In this document: positions 39,796-48,199 of the stretch, piece by piece
How the letters are laid out: the number at the start of each line of letters is the position of its first letter
How positions within the stretch are numbered: the stretch's first letter is position 1
From: Polyangiaceae bacterium
Lineage (GTDB): Bacteria > Myxococcota_A > Polyangia > Polyangiales > Polyangiaceae
Length of the DNA stretch: 64,000 nt
Direction of reading: 5' to 3'
Assembly: GCA_035063585.1 (NCBI GenBank)
Contig: JAPSGB010000010.1
Coordinates: forward strand, 32,001-96,000
Program-made: the position numbers and the translations under genes
The notes under the pieces: model-generated
What the model saw: the letters and a program-made list of their open reading frames with translations, nothing else
What the model was told of the DNA's origin: nothing
The model's database searches: none

Positions 39796-42282
39796 ATGCT
39801 TTCCAGCCGTATCGCCACCGCCCTGTTCGTCCTCGCCCTCGCCGCCGCGACGGAGGCCTGCGGCGGCGGAGCCGACTCCGCTCCGACCGGCTCCGGCGGC
39901 GCGGCCGGCGCTGCTGGTGCCGCGGGCGGCGGAGCCGGTGGAACCAGCGGCACCGGCGGAGGCGCTGCGGGCAGCGGGGGAGCGGGGGGTACGGCCGGCG
40001 CGGGCGGCGCGGCGCCCACCCTCTGCTCGGATCCCGACGCCGACTCCGACAACATCAGCGACGCCGACGAGGGCCGAGACGACCCCGGCGGTCCTCGCGA
40101 CACCGACGGTGACGGAACCCCCGACTACCTCGACGCGGACAGCGACGGCGACACCATCCCCGACCTGGTGGAGGCTGGAACGCGGTTCGCGTGCAGTCCG
40201 CCGCTCGACAGCGATGGCGACGGCACGCCCAACCACCGCGATCTCGACAGTGACGACAACGGCATCCCCGATCGCGACGAGATCACGCCGGATGGCCAGC
40301 CCTACGATTCGACCGTCGGCCTGTCCGATCTGGACAAGGACGGCGATCCCGACTTCATCGACTCCGACAACGACGGCGACACCATCGGGGACGTGGACGA
40401 GCTCGTAAACGGCAAGCCCGTGGACACCGACCATGACGGGGTGCCGGACTTCAACGACTTCGACTCGGACGCGGACACCATCGGCGACGGATACGAAGGG
40501 ATCGAAGACGCGGACGGCGACGGGCTCCCGAATTTTCGCGATCCCGACAGCGACAACGACGGGGTTCCGGACGTGTGCGAGGCTGGTCCGAACCACGAGG
40601 TGAAGGAGCCGCCGGTCGACACCGATCTCGACGCGAAGTACGATTTTCTCGACGTCGACTCCGACAACGACGGCTTGAAGGACGGGCAAGAAGACAAGAA
40701 CGGCGACTGCGTGGTGAACATCGGTGAGACCGATCGCCTGCTTTCCGACACCGACGGCGACGGCGCCACGGATCTCATCGAGGTAAACCTCGACAGCGAC
40801 CCGACCAACCAGTTCGACACGCCCCAATCGCGAGGGAAATACTACTTCGTGATGCCGTATCGGCAGTCCCCGCAGCCCGCCCAGCAAGACGTGGTGCTGA
40901 CCACCAACTTGAACAAGGGCGACATCGCCCTGGTCGTGGACACCACCGGCTCGATGGGGCCGGCCATCACGAACATCCAGCAGAACCTGACCGCGCTCGT
41001 CACCGACATCCGGAAGGATGTGCCCGACGCTCGCTTCGGAGTGCTAGGACAGGACGACTACCCGCTGTCGCCCTATGGGGTTTCGGGGCAGCACCCCGTG
41101 TGGCTGCCGGGGGGCAACAGCGCGTTCCTCTCCGATCAGCTGAGTGACACGCTCGCGGCCGTTGGTGCGCTCACCACGACCGGCGGCGACGACTTCCCCG
41201 AGTCGCAGGTGACGGCGCTCTTCCGCGCGCTCGACAACGACCCCATCCTCTGGAGTGGCGGTGGCTCCGTCGCGCCGTTCAGCCTGCCCTCGGGCGGTTA
41301 CGGTGGGCTCGGGTTCCGTGACGACGCGCTCGCCATCTTGATTTCGGTGACCGACGCGTCGTTTCACAATTCGAAATACGTCGACAAGACCACGCTCCAT
41401 GACGCTTACGCGCCCACCTTGGGCGTTCAGCCCACCGTGGATGACCTGGTCTCCGAGATGAACGCCCACGGCGCGAAATTCATCGGGATCTCACTCGACA
41501 ATGGCGGCCCGCAGCGCGTGACCAAGGATCCCTATCGCGACATGGCTTACATCTCGTCGGCCACGCGATCCTACGTCGAACCGTCGGCTTTCCCCGGCGG
41601 AGGCACCGACTGCTACACGGATCTCGGCGGGAACCCCATCGCCCCCGACCAGCGAGATCCGTCCCTGCCCTCGGGCGCGGCTCCCTCCCTCTGCCGGCTC
41701 ATCTTCAGCGGCTACAACTCGACCTCCCCGAACGCGGGGCAAGGCGTCAGCACGACCGTGGGCTCGGGGATCAAGGCGCTCCTCAGGGGCATCAAGCTCG
41801 AGGTCCGTGTGGCTGCGGTGACGGCGCTCGGTCCGATCGCGTGCGATCCGGGCTCGGGTCCGGTCGCCGTCGATCCGATCGACGCGTTCCTCGCCGAGGA
41901 CTATCAGGACCCCGACACCGGCTACATCGAGGTCAACGCCCCAGGTCAGGTGGAGGACCCAGCCGCGCCCGGTATGTTCTGCGAGACGATCGATCCGCTC
42001 ACCTTGCGCGATTACTACAGCGGCGCTCGCGGCGTGATCGGCGGCCCACCGCCCATCGACGCGCCTGACACCTACAACGAGACGATCACCGGCGTCGTGC
42101 CGGGCATTCGCGTGTGCTTCAGGGTCGTCCCCAAGATGAACGAGCTCTGCCCGCAGAAGGCGGACGTACAGATCGTCACGGCGCAGCTCGTCGTCTACGC
42201 GCGCAATGAGGGGCAGGCCCAGGAACTCGTGGTGGGCCAGCCCCGCGACGTGTTCTTCGTCATTCCCCCGTCGTATCAGTGA
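39796..42282 (+). CDS. Large lipoprotein: Gly linker, about 14 DxDxDG Ca-binding repeats, VWA / beta-integrin-I-like domain (CglD-like architecture)
   Basis: GAGGAGG RBS; signal peptide ending in AC-GGG; DSDGD repeats; VVDTTGSM, GGDDFPES and GFRDDALAILISVTDASFH. Confidence 0.8.
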   Translation: MLSSRIATALFVLALAAATEACGGGADSAPTGSGGAAGAAGAAGGGAGGTSGTGGGAAGSGGAGGTAGAGGAAPTLCSDPDADSDNISDADEGRDDPGGPRDTDGDGTPDYLDADSDGDTIPDLVEAGTRFACSPPLDSDGDGTPNHRDLDSDDNGIPDRDEITPDGQPYDSTVGLSDLDKDGDPDFIDSDNDGDTIGDVDELVNGKPVDTDHDGVPDFNDFDSDADTIGDGYEGIEDADGDGLPNFRDPDSDNDGVPDVCEAGPNHEVKEPPVDTDLDAKYDFLDVDSDNDGLKDGQEDKNGDCVVNIGETDRLLSDTDGDGATDLIEVNLDSDPTNQFDTPQSRGKYYFVMPYRQSPQPAQQDVVLTTNLNKGDIALVVDTTGSMGPAITNIQQNLTALVTDIRKDVPDARFGVLGQDDYPLSPYGVSGQHPVWLPGGNSAFLSDQLSDTLAAVGALTTTGGDDFPESQVTALFRALDNDPILWSGGGSVAPFSLPSGGYGGLGFRDDALAILISVTDASFHNSKYVDKTTLHDAYAPTLGVQPTVDDLVSEMNAHGAKFIGISLDNGGPQRVTKDPYRDMAYISSATRSYVEPSAFPGGGTDCYTDLGGNPIAPDQRDPSLPSGAAPSLCRLIFSGYNSTSPNAGQGVSTTVGSGIKALLRGIKLEVRVAAVTALGPIACDPGSGPVAVDPIDAFLAEDYQDPDTGYIEVNAPGQVEDPAAPGMFCETIDPLTLRDYYSGARGVIGGPPPIDAPDTYNETITGVVPGIRVCFRVVPKMNELCPQKADVQIVTAQLVVYARNEGQAQELVVGQPRDVFFVIPPSYQ

Positions 42283-43214
42283 GCGGGCCCGCCGGCGAGC
42301 GCCGCCTCGATGATCGGCTCGCCGGGCGAGAGGGCTCGCGCTCGGAGCAGCCACTCGCGCGCGTGCGCGTCGCCGAGCCCGTGGAGCGCGAGCGCCAGCG
42401 CGTAGACCGCCACGGGCTCCTCGGGTGACAGCTCGAGCGCCCGTTTCGCGGCACCCGCCGCGTGGCGGAGCCGCTGGGCCGAGAGCTCGGCGGTGGCGAG
42501 CCACGCCAGCGCTTCGGCGGCGACGCCGTCACGCCCGACCGCGAGCGGCGTGAGGAGCTCGACGGCGCGCTGGGTTCTTCCGTGACGCAGCTCGCTGCGC
42601 GCCGAGAGGATGATGAGGTGAGCGTCCGCAGGGAATCGCGCCACGCCCTCGCGCCCCGCCTGCTCGGCTTCTGGGACACGGCCGAGACGCAAGAGCGCCT
42701 CGGCGAGACCGGCGTATCCGGCTGGCTCGTCGGGAGCCACCTCGACCAGCCGCTTGAACTCGAGCCGCGCGCGGTCGAGCATCCCAGCATCGAAGAGGAG
42801 CCGCGCGAGGTTCAATCGCGCGGGCGAAAAGCCGGGGTCGACGCGGAGCGCCTCGCGATACCGCTCGGCGGCGAGATCTGGCCGATGTTCACGCTCTGCG
42901 AGCACGCCGAGCCCATGGTAGGGCTGCGCGACGTCCGGGTTGAGGCGCTCGGCCCGGTGGAGGAGCTGCCTCGCGCGATCGAAGTTGCCGCGCTCGAGCT
43001 CGACCAAGCCCTGGTTGACGAGGGCCTCTACGAAGTGCGGGTTATACTCGAGGGCGAGCTCGAAGCGGGCCTCGGCGGTCTCGAGATCGCCCTCGGCGAG
43101 CGCCTCCACGCCCGCGCGGTTCAGCTCGATCGCCTTGGGCGGGAGCGGGGCGGCCCCCTTGCAGGCGGACAGGGACGCCACGAGGAGGACGAGCCACGCC
43201 GGGGACGACTTCAT
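42276..43214 (-). CDS. TPR lipoprotein
   Basis: Lipobox LSAC followed by several TPR repeats. Confidence 0.82.
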   Translation of the reverse strand: MKSSPAWLVLLVASLSACKGAAPLPPKAIELNRAGVEALAEGDLETAEARFELALEYNPHFVEALVNQGLVELERGNFDRARQLLHRAERLNPDVAQPYHGLGVLAEREHRPDLAAERYREALRVDPGFSPARLNLARLLFDAGMLDRARLEFKRLVEVAPDEPAGYAGLAEALLRLGRVPEAEQAGREGVARFPADAHLIILSARSELRHGRTQRAVELLTPLAVGRDGVAAEALAWLATAELSAQRLRHAAGAAKRALELSPEEPVAVYALALALHGLGDAHAREWLLRARALSPGEPIIEAALAGGPAH

Positions 43215-43358
43215 GGTGAGAGCGGTCGGCTCGGCGCTCTGGCCGGTTGCGCCGATTCTGACGGCCCGCGGGCTCGGTCGCGCGCGCACGCCCGCGGCAA
43301 AACCACGGTCGGCCGAGATCGGGTTGCGCGGCGGCCCTGAGCCGACGAGACTCCCGCC

Positions 43359-44285
43359 ATGCCGAAGACCCCGGCCGACGAGCCCGCGAAGGACGAGCCC
43401 GCGAAGGACGAGCCCGCGAAGGACGAGCCCGCGAAGGACGAGCCCGCGAAGGACGAGCCCGCGAAGGACGAGCCCGCGAAGGACGAGCCCGCGAAGGACG
43501 AGCCGCGGCGAGAGGTCGTGAGCGCGAGCGAGCAGGCGCCCAAGGGGCCGGCTCAGCGGAAGGCGCGCGCAGAAGAAGACGAAGAAGACGAAGAAGACGA
43601 AGAAGACGAAGAAGACGAAGAAGAAGCCGCGGCGCCGCCTCCGCGTCGCGCAGCGGCTCGCCCGAGCCGGCCGTCGCGTCCGCGCCGCGCGGCGGCTCGT
43701 CCGGCAGCGACCCCGCGAGCCCCAGCGAAGACCGAAAAGGAGATCGACGCGCCCAGCCTGCAGACCTTGGGTCTGCTCGGTGCGCTCGCGCTGGTCGTGC
43801 TGATCCTGTGGGGCGCGGCGCGCTTCGCGTGCAACGCTCACCCTCCTCAGACGCTCACTCCCCGTGCGCTCTCGGTGGAGGAGCTCGCGCGCGACCCAAA
43901 GGACGCCGCCATCGAGCTCGAGCTGCGCTGGGCGAGCGGCCAGTACGACCAGGCTGCCCAGCTCGCGAGCGGTGAGGTCGCCGCCGAGCTCGCCAAGGCT
44001 CGTCAGGCCTGCGCGGCCGACAAGAGCGCCTGCGAGTCCAAGCAGAAGGCGCTCGAAGGCAAGGTGCTCGTCACGGCCGCGGTCTTGTCGCGAGACGCAT
44101 CGGGCGCCATCGTCCGAGTCACCAGCGAGGGCGGTGCCGACGGAAGGCGCACGTACCTGATGCGGCTCGTCCAGGACGGGCGCGTGTACAAGGTCACCTC
44201 GCGCGAGCTCGTCTCCGAGGGTGCGGCTCCGCCCGCTCCCGGACCGGCCTCGGCGGCGCCGGCGCCGAGCGGCTCGGCCCCCTGA
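43359..44285 (+). CDS. Hypothetical single-pass membrane protein with an acidic repetitive N-terminus
   Basis: (DEPAK)8, (EED)5, Arg/Pro tract, TM helix, C-terminal soluble domain with a Cys pair. Confidence 0.75.
   Translation: MPKTPADEPAKDEPAKDEPAKDEPAKDEPAKDEPAKDEPAKDEPAKDEPRREVVSASEQAPKGPAQRKARAEEDEEDEEDEEDEEDEEEAAAPPPRRAAARPSRPSRPRRAAARPAATPRAPAKTEKEIDAPSLQTLGLLGALALVVLILWGAARFACNAHPPQTLTPRALSVEELARDPKDAAIELELRWASGQYDQAAQLASGEVAAELAKARQACAADKSACESKQKALEGKVLVTAAVLSRDASGAIVRVTSEGGADGRRTYLMRLVQDGRVYKVTSRELVSEGAAPPAPGPASAAPAPSGSAP
43377..43504 (+). repeat. Perfect 15-bp tandem repeat GACGAGCCCGCGAAG, about 8.5 copies
   Basis: Identical copies read directly; encodes DEPAK. Confidence 0.97.
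43572..43625 (+). repeat. 9-bp tandem repeat GAAGAAGAC x5 followed by GAAGAAGAA
   Basis: Read directly; encodes (EED)5-EEE. Confidence 0.95.
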
Positions 44286-44288
44286 GCG

Positions 44289-44861
44289 TCAAAGCCGCGT
44301 CGCGCCGACCTCGTCGAGCCAGCGCTCGAGCTCGGCCTTGCTCGGCCCTCCGGTCGCTACGCGCCGGACGTGGCCGGTGTCGTCGACCAGGATGAAGGTC
44401 GGGAGCAGCGTGATGTCGTAGCTCTTCGCGAAGCTGCCGTCGTCGTGGAGGACGTCATACGGGATCCCCCACGCTCGCTTCACCGCCTGCGCGCGCGCCG
44501 CGGTGTCGTCGACGCTGACGCCCACGAATCGCACCGCGCGCGCTCGCTTCGCCTGGGAGACCTCCTCGAGCGTGGGTGCGGACTGGCGGCAGACCCCGCA
44601 CCAGCTCGCGAACACCTCGACCAGCACCGGCGTTCCACGCTGGGCGGAGAGCTGGAAGCTCTCGCCCGTCTGGGCGTTCGGCAGCGTGAAATCCTTGGCA
44701 GCGACGCCCTCGGTCGGCCCCGAGCTCCGCCGCGAGAGCATCATCGCGACCGCGACGGCCGCGGCGAAGAAGAGGACATACTTGAGCTGGCGGCCGAGCT
44801 CGCTGCGCCGCGGCGGCCGAGGGGGCTCCGTCGTCGCGGCGTCTTCGTCTCGCTCACTCAC
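44289..44861 (-). CDS. TlpA-family thiol:disulfide oxidoreductase
   Basis: TM anchor, DFTLP, FASWCGVC (CxxC), VGVSVD and LPTFILVD; GTGA overlap with the upstream gene. Confidence 0.88.
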   Translation of the reverse strand: MSERDEDAATTEPPRPPRRSELGRQLKYVLFFAAAVAVAMMLSRRSSGPTEGVAAKDFTLPNAQTGESFQLSAQRGTPVLVEVFASWCGVCRQSAPTLEEVSQAKRARAVRFVGVSVDDTAARAQAVKRAWGIPYDVLHDDGSFAKSYDITLLPTFILVDDTGHVRRVATGGPSKAELERWLDEVGATRL

Positions 44862-45562
44862 GGCGCGAGCCATCGCCGACCCACGAAGAAGCCGAGAACC
44901 GCCATCGAGATCACCACGAGCCCGTGCGCGAGCCAGAGATGCCAGACCTCGACCGTCGGGCAGGCCACGCCGACCGCGGCGGCGCCCGCCAAGCCGCCGA
45001 CCAACCCCGCGAGCGCGCCGGACAGCCCGGGTGAGAGCGGATCGGTTCCGCGCCACACCAGCAGCATCCCGACCGAGGCGACCGCCCCGATGAGGATCGC
45101 GTGCACGCCGCAGTCGAGCGCGCGGTGGACGTGGTCCGGGTGGAGGAAGGTCGCGAACGGCAGCCGACCAGCACCCGACCAGGCGAGCCACGCGAGGAAG
45201 GCGACCGGCACGCCACCCGCGATGACGAGGCGCCAGGCCCGTGAGATACGCCTGCCCGGGGGGCGCGCGAGTCCGACGAAGAGGACCGCCGCCTGCACGA
45301 CGCCCCACCCGATCGCGCCGAAGAGCGCCGCGCGCACCGCGCCGTCGGTGCGGGTGTGGCTGAAGGCGAGGTAGGTGAGGAGGCCGAGCGCCAACCCCGA
45401 GATCAGCATCGACAAGAGCAGCCGTTTCCCGGCGCTCGAGCCGCGGCTGCACTTCAAGTCCTTGGTGCACTCGGCGCGGATCGCCTCCGAGACGCCTCGG
45501 CTCGGACCGATCGGTTCGGGCCAGGGGAGCTCATCCGCGCGGTCATCGAGCTCGCCGCTCAT
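44858..45562 (-). CDS. NrsF/DUF1109-like anti-sigma membrane protein
   Basis: About six TM helices, conserved-type Cys residues (LDCG; ACP...HLWLAH); ATGA-coupled to the ECF sigma gene. Confidence 0.75.
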   Translation of the reverse strand: MSGELDDRADELPWPEPIGPSRGVSEAIRAECTKDLKCSRGSSAGKRLLLSMLISGLALGLLTYLAFSHTRTDGAVRAALFGAIGWGVVQAAVLFVGLARPPGRRISRAWRLVIAGGVPVAFLAWLAWSGAGRLPFATFLHPDHVHRALDCGVHAILIGAVASVGMLLVWRGTDPLSPGLSGALAGLVGGLAGAAAVGVACPTVEVWHLWLAHGLVVISMAVLGFFVGRRWLAP

Positions 45563-46176
45563 GGGCTTCCCCTCCGAAACTGCTCGAGCTGCCGCCGGAG
45601 CTGCTCATAGCCCCGGTGCACGCGCAGCTTCACGGCCGTTGGGGTGGTGCCGAGCAGGTCCGCCGCCTCCATGACCGAGAGCCCGGTCACCTTGGTGAGT
45701 TGGATCGCCTCACGGTAAGCCTCGGGGAGCGCGTCCATCGCGCGCTCGAGCGCCACCGAGACGTCGAGGGGCACGCCGTCCTCGACGACGGCCGGCTCGG
45801 GCAAGGTGCCGTCGGCGCTCAGGTTCTCGTTCCGGCTGCTGCTCGCGCGCCGCTCGTCGTAGAACGACCGCCGCGCGATCGCCAGGATCCACGGCAGCAC
45901 CGGCGCACCCCGCAGGTAGCGGGCGCGGGCGCGGTGAACCTTCGTGAAGGTGATCTGGAGGAGATCCTCCGCGCGTTCTCGGTTCCTGGTGAGCCTCATG
46001 AGATAGCCGAAGAGCTTGGTAGCCAGCCGCTCGTAAAGGGCGTCGAAGGAGGCGGCGTCGCCGTCGACATACCGCTCCATCAGCTCCTCGACGCTGAGCT
46101 CGGCGGCTCGGCTCCCTCGCTCCGCGTCCACGCTCGACAATCCAATCCGGTCCAGTCGCTCGGAGCTACTGGCCAA
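45559..46176 (-). CDS. ECF sigma-70 factor
   Basis: AEDLLQITF, WILAIARR, LPEAYREAI and AVKLRVHRG motifs; start codon uncertain. Confidence 0.92.
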   Translation of the reverse strand: MASSSERLDRIGLSSVDAERGSRAAELSVEELMERYVDGDAASFDALYERLATKLFGYLMRLTRNRERAEDLLQITFTKVHRARARYLRGAPVLPWILAIARRSFYDERRASSSRNENLSADGTLPEPAVVEDGVPLDVSVALERAMDALPEAYREAIQLTKVTGLSVMEAADLLGTTPTAVKLRVHRGYEQLRRQLEQFRRGSP

Positions 46177-46232
46177 GGCGCGGGAGCGCTCGGACGGTCA
46201 CGGCGGCGCCGCCGCGGCCGTCCACTCCCACT

Positions 46233-46260
46233 GATACGCGCGGGCGCGCCTCGCGGTTTC
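46233..46260 (-). promoter_or_regulatory. Putative ECF autoregulatory promoter
   Basis: GAAACC-N16-CGTATC upstream of the ECF gene, fitting the generic AAC...CGT ECF pattern. Confidence 0.6.
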
Positions 46261-46293
46261 CCGGAGGCGCGCCCGAAATGCGCGACAAGCTCG

Positions 46294-47145
46294 TCAAATC
46301 TTCCCGAGGTCCAGCATCTCCTCGACGTCCGGCATGAGCACGAGCTCGACGCGCCGGTTCTGCTGGCGCCCTGCGTCGGTGGAGTTGTCCGCTACCGGGT
46401 CGGTGTCCCCGTACCCGGCCGCGTGGAGCTTCGAGGCGTCGAGCCCTCCGCCGCCCTCTTTGGCGTCCGGAGCGTCGATGAGGAAGACGAGCACCGACCG
46501 GGCGCGCATGGCCGAGAGCCCCCAGTTGTCCTTGAACGGGCCGCCCTTGAGCGGCTTGTTGTCGGTGTGGCCGGCGACCTGGAAGTACCGGCTCGCGAGC
46601 TGAGCGTCCGCCTTGATGACGTCGGCTACCTGCTTCAGGACGTTCAGGCCCTCGTCACGCAGTTTGTCCGAGCCCGACGCGAAGAGCACGTCGCCCGGGA
46701 GCGAGATCACCATGCGATTATGCCGCACCTCGACCTTCAGTCCGAGCTGGGTGAGCTTCTGCAGCTTCGATTTCAGGAGCTCGAAGCGCTGCTTGATGCG
46801 CTCGAGCTGGGCGGCGCGAGCCTTGTACTCCTCGAGCGCCTGCTTTAGCTGATCGAGGCTCGCCGAGAGCTTCTCCTTCTCGGTGCCGGTCGCCTGGAGC
46901 TGCGCGTTCAGGTTCTCGAGATCCACGCCCATCCGCTTGAGCTGAGCGCTCAGGTCGGAGACCTGCTTCTTGACCTTGTCGAGCTCCGCGCGCGTCGCGG
47001 CGTGCGCGTCCTTCTCTTGCTGGTACTGGTTGTTCAGCTGCCCGTATTTCGCCAGCTGCGCCTGCCATTCCTCCTCGGAGTAGCCGCAGCCCGAGAAGAC
47101 GACTCCCATGGCCAGGCTGGCCAGCACCATCAACGCTCTACGCAC
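46294..47145 (-). CDS. OmpA/MotB C-terminal domain lipoprotein with a long coiled coil
   Basis: Lipobox FSGC; heptad-rich segment; VLFASG, VAGHTD, NWGLSAMRA and NRRVE; AGGAGG RBS. Confidence 0.9.
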   Translation of the reverse strand: MRRALMVLASLAMGVVFSGCGYSEEEWQAQLAKYGQLNNQYQQEKDAHAATRAELDKVKKQVSDLSAQLKRMGVDLENLNAQLQATGTEKEKLSASLDQLKQALEEYKARAAQLERIKQRFELLKSKLQKLTQLGLKVEVRHNRMVISLPGDVLFASGSDKLRDEGLNVLKQVADVIKADAQLASRYFQVAGHTDNKPLKGGPFKDNWGLSAMRARSVLVFLIDAPDAKEGGGGLDASKLHAAGYGDTDPVADNSTDAGRQQNRRVELVLMPDVEEMLDLGKI

Positions 47146-47452
47146 GACGACCTCCTAGTGGCGCGGCGGGTAGGCCGGGAAATGGGCCACCAGCGCACCG
47201 TCGAGGCGGGAAGCTTGGCGCACCCGAGCCCGCGAGCGCAAGCGAGAGCTTCCGCTCGGGCCTCCGCGTCGGCCGAGCGTCGCGCCTGACATTTCGGGGG
47301 ATGGCTCGGGGGTTTGTCGGCTCGGCGCGGAATCACGATGACGCAGCGCGTTATCGAGCGGCCCGCCCGTGTCGGCTCGCGCGCCGCCGCGCGGCGATAC
47401 CCAAGTGTCGTCCGCGAAAGGTGGTAGAGGAGCGCGCGAGCTCAGCGCGGTC

Positions 47453-48199
47453 ATGGAATCGGTGCTTCGTCTCGAGATCCTTCCGCAGCCGGACGACTCC
47501 ACCTGCGGGCCGACCTGTCTGCACGCGGTCTATCGTTATTACGGCGAGCAAGTCGGCCTCGAGCAGGTCATCGCGGCGACCCGGCGGCTGGAGAACGGCG
47601 GCACGCTCGGCGTGCTGCTCGGTAGCCAGGCGCTCGCGCGCGGCTATCGCGTCACCATCTACACGTATAACCTCACCGTCTTCGACCCGACCTGGTTCAC
47701 CCGCGCGGACGTCGATCTCGTGGAGCGGCTCGAGTCGCAGATCGCGATCAAGTCGGACGATGAGCGGCTGGTGTTCGCGTCGCGCGCCTATATCGATTTC
47801 CTGCGCCAGGGCGGCCAGCTCCGCTTCGAAGATCTCACGAGCTCCTTGATCCGGCGCTTCCTCAAGCGAGGCGCGCCGATCCTCACCGGCCTCAGCGCGA
47901 CGTATCTCTATCGCACCCCGCGTGAGCGCGGCGAGGAGGTGTCGATCTTCGACGACCTCCGCGGGACGCCGATGGGCCACTTCGTGGTGCTCTGCGGGTA
48001 CCACGTAGGCGATCGGAACGTGCTCGTCGCCGACCCGTGGCCAGCGAACCCCGTCTCGGGCAGCCACCAGTACTGGGTCGGGATGGACCGGCTGGTGAAC
48101 TCGATCCTGCTCGGCATCATCACCTACGACGCGAACCTCGTCATCATCGAACCCTACGGGAGAGGCGTTGAACATGCGGGCGCTGATCGTCGTCAATAG
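47453..48199 (+). CDS. Peptidase C39-like (papain-fold) protein
   Basis: QPDDSTCGPTCL, GHFVVLCGY and VADP give a Gln/Cys/His/Asp catalytic set. Confidence 0.85.
   Translation: MESVLRLEILPQPDDSTCGPTCLHAVYRYYGEQVGLEQVIAATRRLENGGTLGVLLGSQALARGYRVTIYTYNLTVFDPTWFTRADVDLVERLESQIAIKSDDERLVFASRAYIDFLRQGGQLRFEDLTSSLIRRFLKRGAPILTGLSATYLYRTPRERGEEVSIFDDLRGTPMGHFVVLCGYHVGDRNVLVADPWPANPVSGSHQYWVGMDRLVNSILLGIITYDANLVIIEPYGRGVEHAGADRRQ

Noticed and set aside
43377..43504. Regular repeat array considered as CRISPR
   Set aside because: Units are head-to-tail with no spacers, lie in frame within a CDS, and no cas genes are present.
46294..47145. Flagellar stator MotB
   Set aside because: It has a lipobox instead of the Asp-bearing TM helix and there is no motA partner, so it is called an OmpA-like lipoprotein.
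47200..47260. Imperfect hairpin in the divergent ompA / C39 intergenic region, considered as an ncRNA or RiPP precursor locus
   Set aside because: GC-rich pairing with bulges is expected by chance, and no convincing small ORF with an RBS was found.
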